Shown here one piece after another: positions 54,701 to 64,000 of a DNA stretch of 64,000 nucleotides; the stretch's first letter is position 1; the number at the start of each line of letters is the position of its first letter. The stretch is from Felis catus (taxonomy: Eukaryota), in assembly GCF_018350175.1 (NCBI RefSeq), contig NC_058368.1, positions 104,906,001 to 104,970,000 of the forward strand, written 5' to 3'. The notes under the pieces were generated by a model. The model was not told the DNA's origin, did not search any database, and was given only the letters and a program-made list of their open reading frames with translations. The position numbers were made by a program, and so were the translations under genes.

Positions 54701-57700
54701 CAAGAAGCACCAAAGAAAACATAAAACTCCAGTAACTGACCCTAAATAAATGGAGAGGTCTCAAATATCAGACTAAAATTCAGAATAATTCTTTAAAAAA
54801 TGTTTAGTGAACTGTAAGAATACACAGATACCTCAATGAAATTTGAAAACAATGCATGCACAAACTGAAAAGTTCCACTAATAAAGAGCAATCATCAACA
54901 ACAAAAACCCAAGTAGAATTCCTAGGGCTGAAAAGTATAATGACTGAAGTGAAGAACTCAATAAAGAGCTTCAAAAACAGATTTGATCATGCAGAAGAAA
55001 TCATTAGTGACTTAAAAGAGAGAACAGGTGAAATTATGCAAAGGGGGAAAAATAAAAAAAAAAAAAAACAATGAATGAAAAGCCTACTACCAACAGGACA
55101 CCATCAGAAGAAACAATATTCACTCCTTGGGAATTCCAGAAGAAGAAGAAAAACAGTAAGTGACAAAGTAGATTTAAATAAAAAATGGCTGAAAACTTCC
55201 CAAAACCTGACCCCAAGGACCCAAAATAGGTTGAGTTCGAAAGGGGCTGCAAAGAGACACATTATCATTAAACTGTGAAAAGTCAAAGGTAAGTAATTTT
55301 GAAGCTAGCAAGAAAAAAGAGCAGAGTTACATGCAAGGGAGCTCCCAAAAGACTATTGATCTCTCAGCAGAAATGTTCCAGGCCAGGAGAGAATGGGAGT
55401 GATATATTCAAAATATTGCAAGAAAAAACTCAACCAAGAATTCCACACCCGGCCAAGCTGCTGGTCGTCAGCAACAGAGAGGTGAAAACTTTATCAATCA
55501 ATAAAAGCTGAGGGAGTTCATCACCACTACACCTGCCCTACCAGAAGTGTTAATGGGAGTTCTTTGAGTGGAAATAAAAAGAATCCAATTAACATCAGAA
55601 AAATGTAAGAAGATAGCATAAAACTCACGGGTAATGGTAAATACATAATCAAAGTTAGATTCTGTAACATGGAAGGGTGGTAGATAATGCACTTATACTT
55701 GAAGTTTTAAAACATAGTAAAAATAACCATATCTGTACTGTCTGTTACTAGAAACCAAATATTTAAAGATATGCAAACTATAATATCAGTAAACAAAAAT
55801 GGGGGTGGGGAAAGCATGAAGTTTAAGAATGCTATTCAAGTTAAGTTTTCAGTTTAAGATAGGGTGTTACAATTTTCAGATATTTTATGTGAGCCTCATG
55901 GTACCTTTAAAGGAAAAACCTAAAGAATTACACAAACAACATTACAGTTCAAAGGATATCTGTACCAAAAGATATCAAAACACAAAATGAGAGGATATGA
56001 AACAATGAACAACGGATCTGCAAAACACCCAGAAAACAAACGACAAAATGGCAATAGTAAGTCCTTACCTATCAATAATTACTTTAAACCTAAATGGATT
56101 AAGTTCTCCAAAACACAAAGAATGGCTCTGCTGGGGGAAAAAAACAAAAAACAAAAAAACCAACAAGATCCAATGATATGTTGTCTACAAGAGACTCACT
56201 ATAGCCTTAAAAAGGACACAGACTGAGAATAAAGGGATGAGAAAAGATATTCCAAGCAAATGGTAACCAAAAACAAGCAAATAAAAAGGCAGGGAAGCTC
56301 TACTTTTGTCAGACAAAATAGACTTTAAGAATGACTACAATAATAAGAGACGACATTATATAATGATAAATGGATCAATCCACTGAGAAGATGTAACACA
56401 TGTAAATATTTATGCACTCGATATCAGAACCCCTAAATAAATGAAGGAAAAATGAATCGCTTAAAGACAAATCAACAGTAATACAATAATTGGGGCTTTT
56501 CTACCAACGTTTCAACACTGGACAGATCATCCAGAGAATAAAGAAGGAAACAGCAGAAAGGGGAAATTAAAGGGGAAAATAAAAATTATCTTCCGACAAT
56601 GAAAATGAAAACAACATGCAAAAGCTTACAGAATGCAGCCAAAGCAGTTCTAAGAGGGAATTCATAGCAATAATGCCTACACTAAGAAACAAAGATCTCA
56701 AATAAACAATGTGACTTCTTCAGACACTTCATTTGGTAATTCTTGTAGAAACAAACCTACTTGGAAAATTTTCTAGGCTTAGAAAATATAAGGAATGAAA
56801 GGAACTTGCCATTACTGATTGTAATTCAGAAAGGTGATACTAAATTTTGTGTTGGCTTTTTCATACATGCCCACATGTGTAAAGTAGAATCCAAGATTAA
56901 GAATTAAGAGGATACAATAGAAAACAATATGGGAGAGAATATGAAGAATAGGTTAGAGGTGAAAATTAAGTCTATTAATTTTTGTATTAATTGAAGCTAT
57001 AAAATAAAAACCTTTATGAGTAAGTTTTGGGGTAAGGTGGTAAAAGTGGCATTTGAAAAAACTAAGAACAATACTCTTCCAAAACAATAAAGCATAATCC
57101 TAATAGGTTTGGGGGAAAAGAGAAGAATTTTTAAAAATCTGCCTACCTCTTTAAATGGCAATTTTGCCATTCCATACATATAATTATAACTCAACAAGTG
57201 TGTGTTCTTCAAAACATTTTGTTAAAATCCAAGAAAAAAATTTTTGGATTCTTTTGAGTCTCACCAACCCAGAAACTACAAGATCCCATCTCTATCTAAA
57301 AACAAGAGAAAGTAATGCTCCCAAGCTTATTGTACAAGGCTAGCATTACTCTGATACCCAAATCAGACAAACACACTACAAAAGACATTATCGGCCAGTA
57401 TCCCTTATGACTATAGATACAAAAATCCTCAGCAAAACATCAGCAAACCAAATTCACTAACACATTAAAAGGATCATACACCATGAATAAGTTGGATTTC
57501 TTCCAGGCATGCAAGGATGGTTCAGTATCTATAAATCAACGTGATACACCACATTAACAAAATGAAGGCCATTTTATGATCATCCCAATAAATACAGAAA
57601 AAGGATTTTACAAAATGTAACATCCACTTTTGATAAAACCTCTCAATATCATGGGTATGGAGGGAACATATCACCACTTACTGAAGTCCATATGTGATAA

Positions 57701-59251
57701 GCCTATAGCTAACATCATCTCAATGATAAAAAGCTGACAGATTTCCTTTTAAGACCAGAATTAGGAATACCTACTCTTGCCACTTTTGTTCAGTGTATTA
57801 TTGAAAGTTCTAGTCACAGCAACCAGATAAGAAACCAAGGCTTCCAAGTTAAAAAGGAAGAAGCAAAACCATCAACATTTACAGATGACATGATACTATA
57901 CATAGAAAACCCTCAAGCCACCATCCAAAAACTACTGGCAGAAATGAGTCCAGTAAAGTTTCAAGGTACCAAATTAACATGTAGAAATATGTTGCATTTC
58001 TATACACGTGAACTATGTGTCAACGATCAACAAGAGTTATTAAGAAAACAATTCCATGTATAACTGCATCAAAAAGAAAAAAAAAAAAAAACGTAGGAGG
58101 AAGCTTAAAGATCTGTACTCTGAAACTATAACACATTGATGAGAGACACTGAGGATGACACAAAACAAAGTGAAAGATCTATCATACAGATTGGAAGAAT
58201 ATTGTTTAAATGTCCAAACCACCCAAAACAATCTACAGATTCAATACAATCCCTGTCACAATATCCATGGCATTTTCAAAAACAGAACTATAATAAACAA
58301 TTCTAAAATTTATATAGTACCACAAATGACTCCAAAGGGCCAAAGCAGTCTTCAAAAAGAAAAACACAGTAGGCGGTATCCTGTTCCTGGATTTCAAACT
58401 ATACTATGAAGTTACAGTTCAAAACAGTATGTTAGTGGCAAAAAAATAGATACACAGATCAATCGAACAGAACAGACAGGCCAGAAATAAAACCACACTT
58501 ATACAGTCAATTCATCTACAGCAAGGAGGCAAAAATCTCCAAAGAGGTAGAGACCATCTCATCAAAAAATGTTGCTGGGAAAACTGGACAGCTTATATGC
58601 AAAGAATAATAGAGTACTACTTTCTTACCTCATACACAAAAATAAACTCAGAATGGATGAAGGACTTAAATATAAGAACTGAAACTGTAAAACTCACAGG
58701 AAAAAAACAACATAGGCAGTAAGCTCTTTGACACTGGTCTTTGCAATATTTTGGGAGGCCTATTTCCTTAAGCGAGGACATCAAAAGCAAAAACAAACAA
58801 ATGGGACATGAAATTAAAAAGCTTTCTGCACAGCAGAGGAAACCATCAACAAAACAAGAAGGCCACACAACGAAAGGGAGAAGATAACCACAAATGATGA
58901 AACTGGTAAGGCTTTAACATCCAAGTATATAAAGAACTCCTACAACTCCATAGCAAAAGAACAATTACAAAATGGGCAAAGGCCTGAATAGATATTTTCC
59001 CCAAAGGATACAAACCTATCATGAAAAGATACTCAACATCACTCACCGTCAAGGAAATGCAAATCAAAACCCCAGTAAGTTATCATCTTACACCAGTCAG
59101 AATGACTATGATCAAAAAGACAAGAAATAAGTGTTGCTGAAGATGTGAAGAAAAGGGAACCCTCGTGCTCTATTATTGGTGGTAATGTAAATGGGTGCAG
59201 CCCCTAGGGAAAACATGGAGATTTTTAAACATATTAAAAATACAAATACTA

Positions 59252-59370
59252 GGGTGCCTGGGTGGCTCAGTCTGTCCAACTCTCAATTTCAGCTCAGGTC
59301 ATGATCTCACAGTTTGTGGGTTTGAGCCCCTTAATCGGGCTCTGCACTGACAGCACGGAGTCTGCTTGGG

Positions 59371-59420
<50 letters not shown>

Positions 59421-59487
59421 GTTCTCTCTCTACTCCTCCCCACTCACACTTTCTCTCTCTCAAAATAAAAAAAAAACATTAAAAAAA
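59252..59487 (+). mobile_element. CAN-SINE inserted in the L1
   Basis: TSD aaaaatacaaataYta. Confidence 0.9.
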
Positions 59488-59653
59488 TACAAATATTATA
59501 CAACACATCAATTCCACTTCTAGGTATTTACCTGAAGAAAATGAAAACACTAATTTAAAAAGACATGCACTCCTTTGTTCATGACAGCATTATTTATGAT
59601 AGCGAAGATACATAAGCAACCTAATGTCCACATCAACTAATAAAGATGCGATT

Positions 59654-59697
<44 letters not shown>

Positions 59698-59726
59698 TAT
59701 ACATACATATACACACACACATATAT
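59654..59726 (+). repeat. compound (TA)n(CA)n microsatellite
   Basis: Direct reading of the sequence. Confidence 0.93.
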
Positions 59727-60439
59727 AAATGGAGTATTTCTCAGACTTAAAAAATAAATCTTGCCATTTGTAACAACATGGATGAATTAGACTTATTGTG
59801 GTGACTATTTTTAATGTATATAAATACTGAATCACCAGAAACGATACACCAGAAACTAATACTACATTGTATATCAGTTATTCTCTAACAATACCATTCA
59901 CGTGTTTACGTACTTGATTTTTCTACAACAATAGTTTGTGTTACTATGACAATATTTATCTGAAAAAGGCAGCCTCTGACAGTCAACTATTAATTGGAGT
60001 AACCAGTGTATCATTATGAGCCAATAGTGCAACAAATCTGGCAAGTTATATTTAATATTCAAATAATGAACAGACGGGTCAGCTAGGAAAAATTACAACT
60101 ATGAAGAAATGCAAATGTACATAAAGGATACACATCAAAACAGAAAGTCCACAAGGCACCAACACAAATATTAGAAGGATGCTTCAAAAATCAACTACTA
60201 TTGGAGAAAGGTTTTATGAAAGCAATACAGAATCTAAGTGAACACACCTCCCCATAAATTAACAGAACTCTAAATACTTGATCTGACATCCTCACCAATG
60301 TTAAGTGCTACAATACTAATTTCCTCAGGTTTTTCTGAAAAAAATCTATAGGATTTGTGTACTTAACTGGTGCAAAAAACTTTTCTCAACTGTACAAAGT
60401 GGAAATCACTTCTGCAGCCTTTAAAAAGAAGAAAATTAA

Positions 60440-60655
60440 GGGGTGCCTGGGTGGCTCGGTCAGTTGAGCATCTGACTTGGACTTGGGTCATGATCTCACA
60501 GTTTGTGGGCTCGAGCCCTGTGTCAGGCTCTGGGCTGACAGCTCAGAGCCTGAAACCCGCTTCGGATTGTGTGTGTGTCTCTCTCTGTCCCTCCCCCACT
60601 CATGCTCTGTCTCTCAAAAACAAATAAATGTTAAGTAAAATTAAAAAAAAAAAAA
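60440..60655 (+). mobile_element. CAN-SINE
   Basis: TSD aagaaaattaag. Confidence 0.92.
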
Positions 60656-61115
60656 GAAAATTAAGAATTTCTTCACTTTAAGACAAAAAAGCAGAGTATC
60701 TGTTTATTTTGCCACACATGTCGACATATACAGAGGGAAAAGCACAGAAGTAGCAAATGAACTGATGAATTACCATAAGGTGGACACACTCACACGACCA
60801 CCGCTATGATCAATAAGCGAGCCCCTCAAATCACCCCGTAGGCCTCCTTGAAATCAGTCCTCTACCTCCTACCCAAAGGTGACCAACCCCTATCCCGCGC
60901 TCCAACACCAATAAGGCTTTTGCCTGTCGTTGGACTTTAAATACTTCTGTGGCGTCTCTTCTTCAACACCGTGTCTGTGTCAATCATTTGTGATGTTGGT
61001 ACAGCATTATTTGTCCGCTTGCCTTTCTGTGTAGTGCTCTGTTGTCTGAATATACTGTAAGTTATGCATTTTTTTCTTCTGTTACTGGACAGGTGGGCCT
61101 GTTTCCAGTGCTGGG

Positions 61116-61354
61116 TTTTTGGTTTTTTTTTTTTATTTTTTTTATTTTTTTGTAATGTTTATTTATTTTTGAGACAGAGAGAGACAGAGCATGAACAGGG
61201 GAGGGTCAGAGAGAGGGAGACACAGAATCTGAAGCAGGCTACAGGCTCTGAGCTGTCAGCACAGAGCCCTACGCGGGGCTCGAACTCACGGACTGTGAGA
61301 TCATGACCTGAGCCGAAGTTGGATGCCCAATCGACTGAGCCACGCAGGGGCCCC
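61116..61354 (-). mobile_element. CAN-SINE
   Basis: Reverse SINE with T-tail. Confidence 0.9.
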
Positions 61355-61690
61355 TTGGTTTTTTTTTTTTTTTTTTTTTTTTAACCATAATGGGTAATGC
61401 AGCTGTGGACAGACATCTGGTACAGTTATTATGATGCACATGTAGAGCAATGCTGCTAGAAATATACAGAAGAGTGGAAGTTTTGGGTCATAATATACGC
61501 ATACGCTTAACTCCAGTAGGTATTGTCACAATGTGGTCTAAGTGATCAAACCACTTTGCGCTCCCACCATTAGTACGTATTTCTTCTGCTTTCCTACAGT
61601 TAATAATTCCGTATCCTTGCCAACTCTTGCTACAATTCATTAAAATGTTTCCTTTTATTAGGGTTTCAATCTACTTTTCTCTGAATCTGA

Positions 61691-62249
61691 GGGGCACCTG
61701 GGTGGCTCAGTCAGCTAAGTTACCCGTTCTTGATTTCTGTTCAGGTCACCATCTCCGGGTCGTGAGATCAAGTCCCCACATTGAATTCCACACTGGACGT
61801 GGACGCTACTTGGGACTCTCTCACTCTCCCCCTCTCTCTGCCCCTGCCCTGTTCACACTTTCTAAAAAATAAGTGAAAATAAATAAATATTAATAAGTTA
61901 TAAAAATAAACTTAAGGGGCACTTAGCTGACTCATTGGGTAGAACATGTGACTCTCAATCTCACAGTCATGAGTTCAATCCCCACATGGGGTATGAAGCC
62001 TACTTAAGTAAATTTTAAAAAATGAATTTGAGGGGCACCTGGGTGGCTCAGTCAAGTTGAGCGTCCGACTTCGGCTCAGGTCATGATCTCACAGTTCGTG
62101 GGTTTGAGCCCCACGTCGGGCTCTGTGCTGACAGCTCAGAGCCTGGAGCCTGGTTCAGATTCTGCGTCTCCCTCTCTCTGCCCCTCCCCTGTTCATGCTC
62201 TGTCTCTGTCTCAAGAATAAATAAGCATTAGAAAAAATTAAAAAAAAAA
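61691..62249 (+). mobile_element. cluster of three tandem CAN-SINEs (61691-61890, 61916-62023, 62032-62249)
   Basis: Three consecutive ggggcac... heads, each followed by an A-rich tail. Confidence 0.87.
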
Positions 62250-62739
62250 TGAATATGAGCCACTTTTCATATATTTGCCATTTTGTTATCTTCCTTTATG
62301 AAGTACTAAGTCTCCTATTTTCCCATTAAGTTTTTTCTATTTCTCAAATGATTTTTAGAAACTCTTTATATACTCTGAGTAATACATGTTACAGATACCG
62401 CACACTTGTCTTTCCACTCCCTCTGTGGTATGCGTCACTGAACAAAAGTTTAGATTATAACAGAGAGGGCTATTTCTCTCTTCCTTTATGGTTAGTGCCA
62501 TTTGTGTCCTATTAAAAAAAAAAAAAGGAAATAAAGGAAAATCTTTACCCCAAGTTCTTGAAGACATTCTACATTGACTTACACATTCTTCACTGTTGTT
62601 GCTTTTGTATTTGAGATTGACAGACCCTCTGGAATCATTTTATATGTGTATAAAGGGCATGACATAAAGGTTACAAGTTTTTCCCCTCAATAGAAATATA
62701 CAGTTTTGCTGATACCATTTGTGTAAAAGACCATCCTTA

Positions 62740-62970
62740 GGGGCGCCTGGGTGGCGCAGTCGGTTAAGCGTCCGACTTCAGCCAGGTCACGATCTCACGG
62801 TCTGTGAGTTCGAGCCCTGCGTCAGGCTCTGGGCTGATGGCTCAGAGCCTGGAGCCTGTTTCCGATTCTGTGTCTCCCTCTCTCTCTGCCCCTCCCCCGT
62901 TCATGCTCTGTCTCTCTCTGTCCCAAAAATAAATAAACGTTGAAAAAAAAAAATTAAAAAAAAAAAAAAA
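62740..62970 (+). mobile_element. young CpG-rich SINEC_Fc-like element
   Basis: Perfect TSD aaaagaccatccttag (62725-62740 and 62968-62983). Near-identical to the copy at 2122. Confidence 0.93.
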
Positions 62971-63075
62971 AGACCATCCTTAGATTTACTGACCTTACAG
63001 CACTTTAACTGGATTAAAGTCCTTCTACCATATGTGCTTCTCTTTCCTTAAAAAGAGAAATTTTGTGTATTTTAT

Positions 63076-63275
63076 TAATTTTTTAATGTTTCTTTTTGAG
63101 AGAGAGACAAAACACCAGCAGGGGAGGGGCACAGAAAGAGGGAGACACAGAATCTGAAGAAGGCTCCAGGCTTTGAGCTGTTGGCACAAAGTTTGGGGCT
63201 TGAACCCATGAACTGTGAGATCAGGACCTCAGCCAACGTCAGACGCCTTAACCAAATAAGCCACCCAGGCACCCC
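63076..63275 (-). mobile_element. CAN-SINE
   Basis: Reverse SINE ending gccacccaggcacccc. Confidence 0.88.
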
Positions 63276-64000
63276 TTTACGTATGTTAAATCTCAGTATA
63301 CATCATTGGTTTTGTTTATAAAATCAACATTCATTTATATTTACCTATGATTTACTCTTTTTATTGCTCTTTATTTCTTTTTGTGTTTCTGAACTTTCTT
63401 CTGGGATTATTTTCTTTTTTACCCTGAAGAAACCGCTTTCTACAGGTCCTTTATTGTGCATCTTCTGGGGTCATCCTTTTTTTAAAAATGTATTCCATAA
63501 TTTTTTTCATAATTTTTGAAGGATGCTTTCCCTGGTTATAGAATTCCGGTTTCACATATGTTTTTCCTTCAACACTTTTAAGGATAACATACTTATATCC
63601 TCTGGCTTCTATTGTTTCTATTTGTAAGCCAGTTGTCAGTCTTAATGTTGTTTCTTTGAAGACAGGTGATACAGGCTTTTACTCGAAATGCCTTCAAGAT
63701 TTTCTCTTTGCCTCTGGATTTCAGCAGATGTACCATGATGTGCTGAGAATCCATTACTTCCAAATTCTGTAGACCTCTATTCTGGGACTATAGCTACATG
63801 TACAATAGACATTTTCACTGTGTCCCTGATCTCTGTTCTCTATTCTGTCCTTTTCACTCTGAACTTCAGTCTGGTCATTTTCTTCCAATTAGCATTCAGT
63901 TTACTAATTCCTTCCTCTCTTGTGCCTACTCTGTTACTAAACTCATCTACTGAGTTCTTGATACTCTCTTCTTCAGCACTACAATTTCTATTTTTGTATT

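Larger units (their letters stand above)
53025..59885 (+). mobile_element. near full-length but decayed L1 (5'UTR, ORF1, ORF2, 3'UTR)
   Basis: YY1-like caagatagc at the 5' end. ORF1 remnant LKSIMTEVKNSIKSFKNRFDHAEEIISDLKER and endonuclease remnant QDPMICCLQETH. RT-region text (ggcatgcaaggatggttcag; tttacagatgacatgatactatac). Many stops and frameshifts. Confidence 0.9.
60700..64000 (-). mobile_element. ancient L1 remnants peppered with SINEs
   Basis: Antisense L1-like text (atgagccacttttcatatatttgcc; ttgaaggatgctttccctggttatagaattc; ttcaagattttctctttg). Confidence 0.6.

Noticed and set aside
53025..59885. Active or domesticated L1 ORF1/ORF2
   Set aside because: Both ORFs are broken into <100-aa pieces by stops, frameshifts and deletions. 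No poly(A) tail or TSD was recognised.

Overview
Mammalian genomic DNA, almost certainly from a cat or other felid: it carries about 30 tRNA-derived CAN-SINE/SINEC_Fc-type elements. The window holds one complete protein-coding gene on the + strand, PRRC1. It has a CpG-island promoter (~15.0-15.9 kb), a non-coding exon 1, and 8 coding exons (20501-48873) joined by GT-AG introns with consistent phases. The spliced CDS is 1332 nt (443 aa plus stop), followed by a ~1.5-2.9 kb 3'UTR. The rest is interspersed repeat: SINEs, two long degenerate L1s, L2/MIR, MLT1, MER20/MER94/Tigger transposons, and a two-LTR ERV-L-class proviral remnant antisense in intron 8. I found no prokaryotic-type system such as CRISPR or an operon, and nothing I can honestly call a new biological system. 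The best leads are a 116-bp AT-rich palindrome with a perfect 42-bp stem, exon 4 tightly enclosed by inverted SINEs, CREB3/XBP1-like promoter motifs, the YjjX-like NTPase fold of PRRC1, the ERV-L remnant, ~575 bp of non-L1 DNA inside an L1, and a possible minus-strand terminal exon near 60.4 kb. Repeat family names and boundaries come from recognition by eye and are approximate.
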